A stretch of 64,000 nt of DNA from a bacterium. Its GTDB lineage: Bacteria > Cyanobacteriota > Vampirovibrionia > Vampirovibrionales > Vampirovibrionaceae. Made by a program: the position numbers and the translations under genes. The first letter of the stretch is position 1, and every line of letters starts with the position of its first letter. The notes under the pieces were generated by a model. That model had not been told where the DNA came from. It saw only the letters and a program-made list of their open reading frames with translations, and did no database searches. This document shows, piece by piece, positions 48,892 through 59,111 of the stretch. The stretch spans positions 2,147,848-2,211,847 of the forward strand of contig JAUIEU010000001.1 of NCBI GenBank assembly GCA_030429585.1, in the 5' to 3' direction.

Positions 48892-50538
48892 ATGGCTAAG
48901 CCTAGCAAACCGATTGCAGGCATCTCCTTAATGGAAGATCGCCTGGATATGGCGGTGTTTGACCCCAAAACCGGCGCCGTTATTGATGGCAATACGGTGG
49001 GTATCCAGGCAGGCGCCTTGGGCAACCCCGAGCTGCTGAAGCAATCCTTGGCCCAGTTGCTGGGTGGCTGTAATGCCAAGTGGAAGGACCTGTACCTCTC
49101 AGCGCCTACTGATTTGCTGCGGCAAATTGAAATGCCAAAGATGGCAGATAAGGATTTGTTTACCGCCCTCTCTAGCGAGGCAGAACGCTATCAGGTATTC
49201 CAAGGTACCGAGGCAGTGGCGGATTTCTCACGTCAGCCCCCCCGGCCAGATAGCTCGCCGGGCACCGACCGCTTAGTGTTTGGTGGGGTTCGTCAGGATT
49301 TAGTGGCCCATTGGTTAGAGGCTTTTGGCAAGCTTAAAATTAAGCCTGTTGGCTTGGATATCCATATTAACCAAACCTTGCGCGCCATGGCGGGCAGCGG
49401 CGTGTTGGATGCGGTTGTACAGCAAGCCGGGCCAGATGCCTTGTGGGGTGCTGTGTTTCGTGGGCATAACCATGTGTGGTTTGTGCTGTGGCAGGGCAAT
49501 ACCCTGGTAGAGCTACGCGAAGTGAATATGGACTTGGGGGCCATGGCCACCGAGGATGAACTGACCAAAATTATTTTAGAAAATGATATTGAAGACGAAC
49601 TGCGCCGAACAGCCCAAGGGTATGGGGCTGTTGCCGTGTGGCTGGCAGAAGGCCTGTCGCCAGAGTTAATGCAGGCCCTTTCCACCAAGTTGGAAGTGCC
49701 GATACAGCCTATTGTGTTGGGGCCCATTGTGGCAGAGACCGTTACTGCCCCTGTGCACCCTGCCGCCATTGGGGCTGCCATGATGCCGGTGGTGAATTTT
49801 CCCTTTGATATGAACTTTTTGCTAGGCGAGCGTGGGGCCCTTATGCAAAAGGCGGCCAAAGCCGCTGACGCCAAAGGTGGTAAGGCTTCTGGTGGTGGCG
49901 AGAGTAGCTCGGCAGCGCCGTCTAAAATAGCGCCTATGTTGATGACCATTGGCGTGGCCAGTCTAATAATAATGGGGCTGCTGGCTACGAGTGTGTGGGG
50001 CTACCACAACATGATAGTAAAACCTCAGCTGGCCAGTGTGAAAACTGAATTAGCCAAAGAACAGGCCACCCAACAGAAACTAACGGCAGAGCGGGCCTCG
50101 TTGCAACAAAAGCATGATGGCCGTTCCGCCCAAGCGGAAGTGATTCATCGGGTGGTGCAGCAAAACCGCTTATTCCCAGCGGTTATGGAAGATTTGCACA
50201 CCTTAACGCCAACGTCGGTGTGGATGTATTCCTTGGATTTGAATCAAAATTTTGTGCTGAAGGGCAAGGCCTTGTCTGAAACGGCGGTGGTTAAATTTGC
50301 CAAGCAGTTTGACCCATTACCCTACCTCTCTCAAGTAAAGGTGAATAGAATTGCCCAGGAGTTGGTGGGCGTGAACCCGGTGTACGATTTTGAACTGACG
50401 GGCAATACCAACCCCTCGGCTTTAACCCCACCGCAGCCTTCCTCGCCCAAAGGGGCTGAGGATAACCTTGCGGAATCACCACCAACGCCTGCTGCGGCTG
50501 GCGCGGCCCCATCTGCTAAGAAGGGGGCTGGCGACTAA
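48892..50538 (+). CDS. PilM-like actin-fold assembly ATPase fused to a PilN-like TM/coiled-coil region (type IV pilus / T2SS-like)
   Basis: The N-terminal region is PilM-like; after ~aa 340 there is a TM helix 'IAPMLMTIGVASLIIMGLLATSVWGY' and a coiled coil as in PilN. PA-rich tail. Confidence 0.55.
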   Translation: MAKPSKPIAGISLMEDRLDMAVFDPKTGAVIDGNTVGIQAGALGNPELLKQSLAQLLGGCNAKWKDLYLSAPTDLLRQIEMPKMADKDLFTALSSEAERYQVFQGTEAVADFSRQPPRPDSSPGTDRLVFGGVRQDLVAHWLEAFGKLKIKPVGLDIHINQTLRAMAGSGVLDAVVQQAGPDALWGAVFRGHNHVWFVLWQGNTLVELREVNMDLGAMATEDELTKIILENDIEDELRRTAQGYGAVAVWLAEGLSPELMQALSTKLEVPIQPIVLGPIVAETVTAPVHPAAIGAAMMPVVNFPFDMNFLLGERGALMQKAAKAADAKGGKASGGGESSSAAPSKIAPMLMTIGVASLIIMGLLATSVWGYHNMIVKPQLASVKTELAKEQATQQKLTAERASLQQKHDGRSAQAEVIHRVVQQNRLFPAVMEDLHTLTPTSVWMYSLDLNQNFVLKGKALSETAVVKFAKQFDPLPYLSQVKVNRIAQELVGVNPVYDFELTGNTNPSALTPPQPSSPKGAEDNLAESPPTPAAAGAAPSAKKGAGD

Positions 50539-51191
50539 TGCAAACCAGAGAACAGGTATTATTAGGCTCGTTACTGATTGGCGTTAGTTTGCTGGCGCTG
50601 CCCTTTATGGTAATTATGCCAGAGTGGCAGGGCGCTGAAAAAAGTGGCAAAGCCATTAAACAGCAAGAGCAACTGCTGGCGAGTACCAAAAAATCCATTA
50701 CTAAAATGCGCGTGGATATTGCCCGCATTAAAAAACTGGCTGTGGTGCCCCTGGATGTAAATGTGCGGCCTGTAGAAGGCGGCAAGGTACAGCAGGCGGT
50801 TAAGGCCATGCTGGATGATGTGATTACCCTGGCTCGCCATTACGACAACGAGTTGGTGACGTTGACCCCTTTTAACGCCATGCCGCCCCCCAAGGTAAAC
50901 AAGCCTAAGCGGCGCAACCGCCGTGGTGCCGCCCCAGAACCCGAGGTAGAGGAAAAGCCAAAGGTGGCCTTGCCTACCGTTCAAAAGTTTGGTTATGACC
51001 TCTCATTGCGGGGCACCTACCCGGATATTGAAGAATTTGTGGCCGTGCTAAGCACCCACCCTGAGTTGATTGAAATGCAGAGCATTCAGTTTGAAAATGC
51101 TGGCGGCCAAACCCGAGAAAAACCGGAAAACACCAACATTAACAACAAACCCATGACGGCCACTTTAAAACTCGTGTTGTATTTGGATTAA
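50538..51191 (+). CDS. PilO-like protein (N-terminal TM plus periplasmic domain)
   Basis: Stop/start overlap with the PilM/N gene, a single TM, coiled coil and a size that fits PilO. Tentative. Confidence 0.4.
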   Translation: MQTREQVLLGSLLIGVSLLALPFMVIMPEWQGAEKSGKAIKQQEQLLASTKKSITKMRVDIARIKKLAVVPLDVNVRPVEGGKVQQAVKAMLDDVITLARHYDNELVTLTPFNAMPPPKVNKPKRRNRRGAAPEPEVEEKPKVALPTVQKFGYDLSLRGTYPDIEEFVAVLSTHPELIEMQSIQFENAGGQTREKPENTNINNKPMTATLKLVLYLD

Positions 51192-51556
51192 CGGTGCCCG
51201 TAAGCTAGCCGGCCTATTGGTGGACATGGTGTGGTGTTAGGGGGGGCTTTGGTGTGGGTTGCTTTGTTATTATCATGCGCAGCAAAAGGCGGCTAAAGAG
51301 TGGGCGCTGGGGCCTTTGCAAAAAGTGACGCTGGTAATATTACGGAACGTTACAATATGGATCCCAGGGCCGCGGAATCGCTTCCACTTTGCGCCCCAAA
51401 TGATATAACCAATAAGGGCTTTGGCTGTATTTATAGTGAAACTGGATCTCATCCATCACTGTAGGGTCAAGGTTTCAAAGGTTTTAACAGTTTTTTCTTC
51501 TATGTAGTAAACGCAGTCTTGTCTATTTAGCAGGGCTTTAGGGCAGCAACAACGGA

Positions 51557-52801
51557 ATGGTTGTATCGGTTACCAACCCAGCAACGCCACCTGTGGCAAA
51601 AACGGCACCACCTTTAGGTGGGGGCCCGGCCCTTGGTTTGCAAGGTAAATCCCCCTTAGAGGCAGCCTTTGGTGTTTCTCGCCCACAGTCTGTGGGGCTA
51701 ACTGCGGCCGCCACCGCCGAATCCACCCGCCAATATGTCAGCATGTCTGCCAGCCCAGCAGGCGATGTGTTTGCCAGAACCGCCCAGCCCAGCAAGCCGT
51801 ATTTTTCCGCTCAATCCGTGCGGGCCCAGTTTAGTAGCTTTGCCTTACAGGCCTTGCAGCAGCAGCGTCAGCAAGCGTTTAAATCCATTGCCAAAACCGC
51901 TAACCTACAACGCCCTATGTTTGGCAAGCAGGGGGCCGGTACATTAGGCCAGGCGGCGCCTACGGGTACCGCGGCTAAAGCGCCTAGTATTCTCTATCAT
52001 TTTGCTGCAGATAACGCGGCTTCTCCGCAACAAGCGCCTTACAATATTGGGGTGCGGGTGCAATCGGTGGCGTCAGCGCCCCAGTTTGGTAAGCAAGCCA
52101 ACACCACGGCAGATAAATTGGCCTACCAGGTAGAGCCTATGGTGTATCGCCAGTACGATATGCCTGCCACCCAAAGCACAGGGCTGGGCGCTAACCGCTT
52201 AAACAATGTGCCCCATATGCTGCACGATAGTGTGCCCACCCAGGCGAATGCGGTGCAGTTTGCCAGTGGCGAGGTGCGCATGATGGCAGATTTACCCGCC
52301 GCCCCAGCAGAGACGACATCGCCCTTGATGAAAACAGTGGGCAAATATACCCAAAAGGCGATTCAGTTTGCGGGTAAGCATATGCCGGCGATTCAGCGAT
52401 GGGTGGGCTACGATACGGCCAGCCAAACGGTGCGCTTTGGCAAGGTGGAAGTGCCCTTGCAGCAGTTTAGTGCCCGCTTAGGCGATACGGGCGAGGCAGT
52501 GGCCGCCACCCCGTTGCGTTTGATGAAAACGGACGCAGGGTATGCCACGCTACACACGCCCCTTGCTTTTGGTAGTAGCGCCACGCAAAGTACTTTGGCG
52601 CCATCCACCCACACGCGGCTATCTCAAAGCCGTACCCATGTAGAGCAATTGGCCAGCCAGTTAGGTAACGGCGCCTATTTTGGTACCCACTTTATGCGCC
52701 AACCAGCCGCCACCCAAATGACAACCGCTGCTGCACCCGTGCCTGCGAAGGCCTTGGGGGTAAACCCCTTTGCAACCATTGGTTTTTCTAGTACAGCCTA
52801 A
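51557..52801 (+). CDS. Hypothetical A/Q/T-rich protein (414 aa)
   Basis: ORF only, downstream of the PilM/N/O-like genes after a 365-bp gap. Confidence 0.4.
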   Translation: MVVSVTNPATPPVAKTAPPLGGGPALGLQGKSPLEAAFGVSRPQSVGLTAAATAESTRQYVSMSASPAGDVFARTAQPSKPYFSAQSVRAQFSSFALQALQQQRQQAFKSIAKTANLQRPMFGKQGAGTLGQAAPTGTAAKAPSILYHFAADNAASPQQAPYNIGVRVQSVASAPQFGKQANTTADKLAYQVEPMVYRQYDMPATQSTGLGANRLNNVPHMLHDSVPTQANAVQFASGEVRMMADLPAAPAETTSPLMKTVGKYTQKAIQFAGKHMPAIQRWVGYDTASQTVRFGKVEVPLQQFSARLGDTGEAVAATPLRLMKTDAGYATLHTPLAFGSSATQSTLAPSTHTRLSQSRTHVEQLASQLGNGAYFGTHFMRQPAATQMTTAAAPVPAKALGVNPFATIGFSSTA

Positions 52802-53005
52802 ATAAATAATAAAATTAGGCAAAAGAAAAACCCAATAACAAAGTTGCTACTGGGCATAGGACATAGGCTGGGTTAACTCATTTTAAATATAATCTATCAG
52901 GGGGGAATCAAGATTATATATTTATATAAAAACAATAAATAAGGGTTTCGTGCTATCTTCCTGTATAACATAACAGGTTTGTTACATTAACAGTGGATAT
53001 AACCC

Positions 53006-53404
53006 TTACTCACCGCGGTGTTCCAGGGTAGATTCCACCATGGTAACAATTTGAGGGATAAGCACGTGTTGTAGCTCGTCTGGGCAGTCTTCTAGCGTGG
53101 CCATTGCAGCACTTAAGGTTTCGTTCATATCATACCAACGGCGCTTAAGGGGGTAAGGCTCTTCTGTTTCGTGCCAGTTCAATACATCATCAATCGTCCC
53201 TAGCTTTTGGGCGGCGCCGTTTAGTTGGGCCTCATCTTCCAAGTGGTGCTCTAGTACAATTTTAATAATGTTAAGGGCCACCTGGGCTTGGTACTTATCG
53301 GTGGCGTCTTCTAGCTGGCCCATCACCCGTTTTAATGCTGGGTCTTGGTCATACCATCGTTGGGTGGTGTTATCGTGGCTAGGGGTGTCGTCAAACAGGC
53401 TCAT
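53006..53404 (-). CDS. Hypothetical acidic protein built of two ~45-aa tandem repeats
   Basis: 'RWYDQDPALKRVMGQLEDATD...LEHHLEDE' is repeated as 'RWYDMNETLSAAMATLEDCPD...LEHRGE'. Confidence 0.45.
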   Translation of the reverse strand: MSLFDDTPSHDNTTQRWYDQDPALKRVMGQLEDATDKYQAQVALNIIKIVLEHHLEDEAQLNGAAQKLGTIDDVLNWHETEEPYPLKRRWYDMNETLSAAMATLEDCPDELQHVLIPQIVTMVESTLEHRGE

Positions 53405-53637
53405 AATTGGGTTGCTGGGCGCTTTCTACGGCTCTCTATCTGGCAATGTTAATGGGGCGCTACAGTAGGGTTTAGGCAAGGTGGCTACCCCTGCTAAAGG
53501 CGACTGTAAATCATTGCCCTATAAGTATACGGTTGCTGGCGTTGACAAGCACCATCTATTAAGCCCATAATTGTCCCTCGCCTACTGAGCAGTTTGGCTT
53601 AATAAACGATAATGATTCATTATTGTGATGGCTGCAT

Positions 53638-53711
53638 GGCATAGTAGCTCAGGCGGTTAGAGCACACGGTTCATACCCGTGGTGTCGGTGGTTCGACTCC
53701 ACCCTATGCCA
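53638..53711 (+). tRNA. tRNA with CAU anticodon (elongator Met or Ile2; G1-C72 paired, CCA not encoded)
   Basis: Cloverleaf folded by hand: acceptor GGCATAG/CTATGCC, D-arm TAGCTCAGGCGGTTAGAGCA, anticodon loop TT-CAT-AC and T-arm GGTGGTTCGACTCCACC. Confidence 0.85.
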
Positions 53712-53866
53712 TGTTTTTACGCCACTTGCCTTGTGGGCGCAGTGTAGGGGTATCCCTTGTGTGGGGGAGTTAGCGGTTAGGCGGCTTCCATTGAGGTGCG
53801 CCAATAGGTATGATAGCCCTATTAACTGCAACGGCAGTAGCGTGATTGATAGAAGGATTGATTGGT

Positions 53867-54133
53867 ATGTCTGCCCCCAAGCCCCCACCCCCTAATTTAC
53901 AAACCGCCATTATTTTACTCTTCCGTTCGGCGCCCCCTTTTGTGCTGTACCCAGAAGATGCGGAAGCCATGTACACGGATATGCAAAACGTTATTCGTAG
54001 TGCGAAGCCTACTGCCCCTAAGCTGATTGAAAAGCAGGCCCACGGCCCGATTAAAAAAGTATGCTTTATTGATACAGAGCTGGTGGGTGTATCCACCCAG
54101 CTGGGTGTAATGCCCCCTATGCCAGGCAAATAA
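53867..54133 (+). CDS. Small hypothetical protein downstream of the tRNA
   Basis: ORF only. Internal ATG 'MSAPKPPPPN'. Confidence 0.25.
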   Translation: MSAPKPPPPNLQTAIILLFRSAPPFVLYPEDAEAMYTDMQNVIRSAKPTAPKLIEKQAHGPIKKVCFIDTELVGVSTQLGVMPPMPGK

Positions 54134-54298
54134 GCCATCGGCTATAGCAGTGCTGTATCGCTAAAATAAAAATAGTATCAGGGTTATTGGGTTGCCAATG
54201 GCCCTGATTTTTTAATGGGCAACGATAGGCCACCCTAGGCGATAGTACGCTGTGGGTTTAGGTCGCCAAGTCACTAGGTTGCCGGGGGGTGGTGGCGC

Positions 54299-55594
54299 TT
54301 AAGGGGCCGGGGTAGAGGGTGCTGCCGATTTATCCGATAGTGATGCCGTGGGTACAGGGTCGCCCTCACCATTATCGTCGTTATGGGTTGTGTTAGGCGT
54401 GGCTGGCGTGCCGCTGGTAGGGGCGTCGCCTTGGCTCGGGGATTCTGGTAGGGGTTGGGCTTCTTGGGGCCCCTCGGGGGCTTCAGGGGGCGCTGTTGCG
54501 GGTGCGTCAGCCGTATTCGAAGCAGGGCTGGCAGCCTCTTCATCCTCTACAGTGCTTGTATTAGGGGTTGGCGCCTCTTCTGGTGGCGTTGGGGCGCTCT
54601 CTGGGGCGGGTGTAGCGGCGGCCGCTTTGGCGGTGGCCGGTAACTGGGTTTCTAGCTCCCGAATATGGTCTAGGGTTTCTCGGGCGGCGGGGGTGCCGCG
54701 CACATACTGCATGTAATATTTAAAGGCCTCAATGGCTTCGCTTAGGTTGCCGTCTTTTTCATTGGCAAAGCCCAGATTGTTATAGGCCAGGTAATAGGTG
54801 GGGTCTAGTTGGATGGCGGTTTCGTAATTGCGAATGGCTTCCGCCAGATTCTCTTTATAGTAGTAGGCCAAGCCAATTTGGTTATAAAACCGCGGGTTGC
54901 TGGGCTCTTTTAAGCTGCCTTGTTGGCAAATAGTAATACACTCATCCCATAGCTCTTGTTTGGCCAGTGTGCTGGCCAGTTCAATATAGGCAGGGGTGTA
55001 GTTTTCATCGGTGGCCAAGGTGGTTTTAAAATGGGTAATGGCGTCGGTGTATTCGCCTTCATCAATGCACTGTTGGCCCATTTTAAAGTTGGCTTCCGCA
55101 TGTTCTGGGTTTAAGGCCAGTACCTTTTTTAGGTTTTCGCTGGCATGCTCGCCGTCGTCTAGTTTCTCTTGGCATAGGCATAAGGCAAATACAGCATCAG
55201 GGTCTTCGTCATCTAGCCCTAGCAAATGTTCAATCACTATTTTGGCCGATTCAAACTCCTCCTGAGCGATAAATACCTGCCCTTGGTTAAACAGGGTGTA
55301 GTTATCATCGGGGGTTAGCTCTAAGGCGCGCTCGTAGTATTTGGTGGCGCTCTCTAGCCGGTTTTCATTTTGGGCAATTAGCCCTAGGGTGTACCAGCCA
55401 TTGCTAAAGGTGTTGTTCATTTTTAGGCAGGCAACCAGCTGTTGGCGAGCCAAAGTGTATTGGTTGGCTTTGTAGGCGGCAATGGCTTGTTGGTAGTGCC
55501 ACACATAGTCCTTTTTTTTGTTAAATACCAGCCATGCCACGCCAGCCCCACATAGGAGCAGTACACCAACACCAGTGGCAATGAGCCAAATCAT
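54299..55594 (-). CDS. TPR-repeat protein with N-terminal TM anchor and a long P/T/A/E-rich C-terminal tail
   Basis: Multiple TPR-like 34-aa repeats ('AYNNLGFANEKDGNLSEAIEAFKYYMQY' and others). The tail is PT-rich. Confidence 0.75.
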   Translation of the reverse strand: MIWLIATGVGVLLLCGAGVAWLVFNKKKDYVWHYQQAIAAYKANQYTLARQQLVACLKMNNTFSNGWYTLGLIAQNENRLESATKYYERALELTPDDNYTLFNQGQVFIAQEEFESAKIVIEHLLGLDDEDPDAVFALCLCQEKLDDGEHASENLKKVLALNPEHAEANFKMGQQCIDEGEYTDAITHFKTTLATDENYTPAYIELASTLAKQELWDECITICQQGSLKEPSNPRFYNQIGLAYYYKENLAEAIRNYETAIQLDPTYYLAYNNLGFANEKDGNLSEAIEAFKYYMQYVRGTPAARETLDHIRELETQLPATAKAAAATPAPESAPTPPEEAPTPNTSTVEDEEAASPASNTADAPATAPPEAPEGPQEAQPLPESPSQGDAPTSGTPATPNTTHNDDNGEGDPVPTASLSDKSAAPSTPAP

Positions 55595-55629
55595 ACGTAA
55601 GGAACAAGCACTATATAAACAAGTAACAG

Positions 55630-56217
55630 CTAGGCGTCGTCTTGTACAAGCTCTGTTGTTGTTTGGCCAGACAAGCGCACATGACTAAAGTCTAACGTGA
55701 ATTGTGCCTTTTGCCCACGGCTTTTTAATGTATTCGCCAATACCATTTCCACCCCGTCTTGCGCCGTAATGGTATCCGATTTAGAAGACCACGTGATATG
55801 GGGGCTTTTTAAGGTGGCTGGGTTTTCTGGGTCTGTGGCGGTAATTAATACATCTTCTAGCAAGGTAACCGCCTTGGTTTTATCGCTGTAGTGGCCTTTG
55901 GGGGCGGTAAAGGTGGCCACGGGCTGTTCGTCATCGTTGTAAAAGGTACCGCTTACGGTGGCCAGTTCAGCTTCTGTTTGGCTACGGTTGTAGGCTGCCT
56001 GTTTGGCGTTTAGCTCCCAGGCTTTGCTGGGGCCGTTGGTAACGGTTAAGGTAATATCTTCACTGATGATATCCCCTTCCAGGCCGGTGGTGGTGCCATC
56101 CATGTTGGGGGTTTCTGGTTGGGTGGTGGCAACCTGTTGTTTGGCCAGCACCATGCTAAGCACCACTAAGGAGACAACCCCACCGAGGAACCATAGCATT
56201 AATCCACGAAGCGACAT
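55630..56217 (-). CDS. LptC-like periplasmic protein (single N-terminal TM)
   Basis: TM 'LWFLGGVVSLVVLSMVLA' followed by a ~170-aa beta-rich periplasmic domain. I trimmed the start to an internal Met because the track ORF overlaps tRNA-His. Confidence 0.45.
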   Translation of the reverse strand: MSLRGLMLWFLGGVVSLVVLSMVLAKQQVATTQPETPNMDGTTTGLEGDIISEDITLTVTNGPSKAWELNAKQAAYNRSQTEAELATVSGTFYNDDEQPVATFTAPKGHYSDKTKAVTLLEDVLITATDPENPATLKSPHITWSSKSDTITAQDGVEMVLANTLKSRGQKAQFTLDFSHVRLSGQTTTELVQDDA

Positions 56218-56289
56218 AAAAATTGGGGGCCTTAAAAAAGTTTTAAAGGGTGGGGGTGGTGCCCCGCCAAAGGTAAATGAGGAATAAAA

Positions 56290-56366
56290 TGGGGCGAGTG
56301 ATGGGAATCGAACCCACGAATACCGAGACCACAACCCGGGGCCTTAACCACTTGGCTACACTCGCC
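56290..56366 (-). tRNA. tRNA-His (anticodon GUG) with encoded G-1 and CCA
   Basis: Cloverleaf folded by hand: G-1 plus acceptor GCGAGTG/CACTCGC, discriminator C, anticodon loop TT-GTG-GT and T-arm GTGGGTTCGATTCCCAT. Confidence 0.85.
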
Positions 56367-56429
56367 ACAAGGGCTGGTTGTTATAAGTAGGGGGATATTG
56401 TAGAGAAAGCACCCCACAAGCTCAAGTAG

Positions 56430-57572
56430 TTATAATAATCCAGGGCGCTCAAAGCTGGCCTCTATCCGCATGCCGGGGTATAGCAAGGCTCGGCCCGTTG
56501 TATCTTTGGCAGATAGGTTTAGCTTTACCCGAAATACGGATTCAGACGGGGAGGCTTCGCTTCCTGCCACAAACTCGCTTTTAGGGTGTATGGTGGCCAC
56601 CGTGCCGGTAAATACCACTTTTTTAGGAAAGGCACTGGCCCGCACAATAGCTGTATCGCCGGTGCGTACCAGGTATAACTTGTCTTCAGGCACGTACACA
56701 TCGGCCCACAGTTGTTGGCTGTTGGTAACGGCCACCACCGCTTGCCCTGGCAACACCAAATCCCCTTGGTGAACCGCTAGCAAGCTAACCACGCCATCCT
56801 GGTGGGCCACAATATTGGCTTCGTCTAGTTTGGTTTCAATGGCGTTTAGTTCGCCTTTGGCTTGGTCAATGGTGGCGCTGGCGGCGGTAATATCGCTATG
56901 GTTGGCGCCCCGGCGCAATTGGTTATAGCGGGCGCGGGCGGCACTAAGGCGGCTACGGGCCATGGTAATTTGCTCGTTTTTGCTGCCACTGCTTTGGGTG
57001 CTGCTTGCTTTTTGGGCCGCGGCATATTGGCTTTGGGCGGCCTGTAGGTCTGCTTGTATTTGGTCATACCGCTGTTGAGAGATAATCCCTTCTGCCAGCA
57101 TGGTGGGGGCACTGGCGGCGGCGTTTTGGGCTTCTTTTAGGGTGTTGTGGGCACTTTGCTCTTGGGCTTTTAGGCGGGCAGAATCGGCGGCACTGCCCGA
57201 TGTTGCTAATTTTAAGGCTTGCTCGGCTTGGGTTACCTGCTCGCGGGCGGCATTAATATCGCCACTATCTGGCCCGCTGGCCACACGGGTTTTGTTGGCC
57301 TTGGCCTGAGAAACAAGCGCTTGTGCTTGGGATACCCGTGCCTTAATTTCGCTGGCATCTAGGGCCACCAGTAAGTCGCCTGTTTTAACGGTGTCACCTT
57401 CTTGTACGGCCACGGTGGCCACGCGCCCGCCAACGGCACTGCTGCCTTTCATCTCTTGGGCTTGCACAACACCACTAACGGTAATGGTTTCTGTACGAAA
57501 GTGGCGCCAACCAAACCAGCCGCCTACGGCGAGTAAGGCAATCAGTAGCGAGAATAACAATAGTTTCTTCAT
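56430..57572 (-). CDS. HlyD-family membrane fusion (periplasmic adaptor) protein
   Basis: N-terminal TM, biotinyl/lipoyl-like beta hairpins flanking a long coiled coil, and a C-terminal beta-barrel. Confidence 0.8.
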   Translation of the reverse strand: MKKLLLFSLLIALLAVGGWFGWRHFRTETITVSGVVQAQEMKGSSAVGGRVATVAVQEGDTVKTGDLLVALDASEIKARVSQAQALVSQAKANKTRVASGPDSGDINAAREQVTQAEQALKLATSGSAADSARLKAQEQSAHNTLKEAQNAAASAPTMLAEGIISQQRYDQIQADLQAAQSQYAAAQKASSTQSSGSKNEQITMARSRLSAARARYNQLRRGANHSDITAASATIDQAKGELNAIETKLDEANIVAHQDGVVSLLAVHQGDLVLPGQAVVAVTNSQQLWADVYVPEDKLYLVRTGDTAIVRASAFPKKVVFTGTVATIHPKSEFVAGSEASPSESVFRVKLNLSAKDTTGRALLYPGMRIEASFERPGLL

Positions 57573-57963
57573 TGGGGTGTTCCTGGGGGGTGTTTACCAA
57601 AAGGTGGCCTAGATGAGGTAAAAGAGTATGGGCCATTACATTAAGTAGGCGGATTGTAGCAAAAACCCGCAGGCAAGCGCATCCCTCTTCTCTTTTTATG
57701 CCAATGAAAACAATCCGTTACAGAATCTTTAGTTGGTACGGGCTTTCGCCGAATCCTTAAGAACGCCCGCTTTTGTGTGGTTACAAAGGTGGTTTGCAAC
57801 AACCGTTGTGGTTTAAACAATGGGTTGAATGCAGTTTTTGGGCACAGATGAATAATGAAACACGGCGCAACTACCTTTTTTAACTGATGGTGGCTTTTGG
57901 CCCTTGTGGTGGTTTACACGGTAGGTGCGTATACAACAGAGATTTTTTAGGGGGCACCCCAGT

Positions 57964-58782
57964 ATGTTAAACGCAATTAGTGGCAATGGACAATTTGGTT
58001 TATCCCAAAGCATTAATAAAAACTTTTCTAACATGAATAAATCCGCTCAGCGGATTGCCAGCGGCAAAATGCTGCCCAGTGATAATGCGGCCGGTATTGC
58101 TATCATCAACCAAATGACGGCGGAAATTAACGGCATGCAAAAAGGCATGCAAAACGGCCAAGATGGGATGAACATGTTGAACGTGGCCGGTGGCGCCATG
58201 GGCAGTATTGGGGGCGATTTACAGCGCATGCGCGAATTAGCGGTGCAGGCCAGTAACGGCACCCTAAACGATGATAACCGGGCGGCCATACAGGCGGAAA
58301 TAACCCAACTGCAAGATAATATTAACCAGGTAGCTGGTGGAACCGATTTTAACGGCACCAAATTACTCGATGGCAGTGCCGGGTCGGTCAATATTCAATT
58401 AGATAGTAACGCCCCCATTGATGTGGGCAGCGCCTTACCGGATGCGACCGCAGCTGGCTTGGGCGTGGATACGGTGGATGTAAGCACCCAGGCGGGTGCC
58501 CAAAGCGCCTTAGATGACATTGATGCCGCCTTGGCCACCTTGGGCGATAGCCAGGCCACATTAGGGGCCCAAACGAACCGGCTAGAAGGCGCCGTAAACG
58601 AATTAAGTGTACGCAGCGAAAATACCGCTGGCGCCCGCAGCCGCCTGCAAGATGTGGATATGGCTAGCGAAATGATGAAGATGAAAATGAGCAGCATTGC
58701 GTTAGAAGCCGGTATTGCAACCCAGGGTAAGTTACTCAACTTTAGCAGCACGGCCCTATCGTTAATTACAGGCAACAACTAG
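57964..58782 (+). CDS. Flagellin (paralog 2)
   Basis: 'SAQRIASGKMLPSDNAAGIAIINQM', 'LQRMRELAVQASNGT' and a C-terminal 'LGAQTNRLEGAVNELSVRSENTAGARSRLQDVDMASEM'. I set the start at the ATG (57964) with an AGGGGG SD. Confidence 0.85.
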   Translation: MLNAISGNGQFGLSQSINKNFSNMNKSAQRIASGKMLPSDNAAGIAIINQMTAEINGMQKGMQNGQDGMNMLNVAGGAMGSIGGDLQRMRELAVQASNGTLNDDNRAAIQAEITQLQDNINQVAGGTDFNGTKLLDGSAGSVNIQLDSNAPIDVGSALPDATAAGLGVDTVDVSTQAGAQSALDDIDAALATLGDSQATLGAQTNRLEGAVNELSVRSENTAGARSRLQDVDMASEMMKMKMSSIALEAGIATQGKLLNFSSTALSLITGNN

Positions 58783-59111
58783 CGCTTAACTATTTTTAGG
58801 TGTGTTGCACCTGCACTAGTACCACCCCTTGTTACCCCTCCTTGGTCATCCCCTCTACTGTGGTGGCCAACCCACGGCATAGAGAGCGGGCCATCACCAT
58901 GGGCATGATATTTCGCCATGTGCGTATATTGCTAACTTTTGTAAAAAAACAATTGCAACACCCTCTGTAAGGGGTAGCTACACGCCGATACCTAAAGTAG
59001 AGACGTTTAAGGTGTTTATAAAAAAGTGTGAACCCGTGTGATGGGCCTGTAGGGGTTACCCTATGTTAGCCGCCTAGCACATAACTAAATTAGAGATATA
59101 GGTGAACTATT

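Noticed and set aside
53649-54138. Minus-strand ORFs 53649..53888 and 53770..54138
   Set aside because: They overlap the tRNA-Met gene and each other and have no coding features. They are spurious.
55630-56334. Full-length 234-aa ORF for the LptC-like gene
   Set aside because: Its 5' end overlaps the tRNA-His gene (56290..56366) on the same strand. I trimmed it to the internal Met at 56217.
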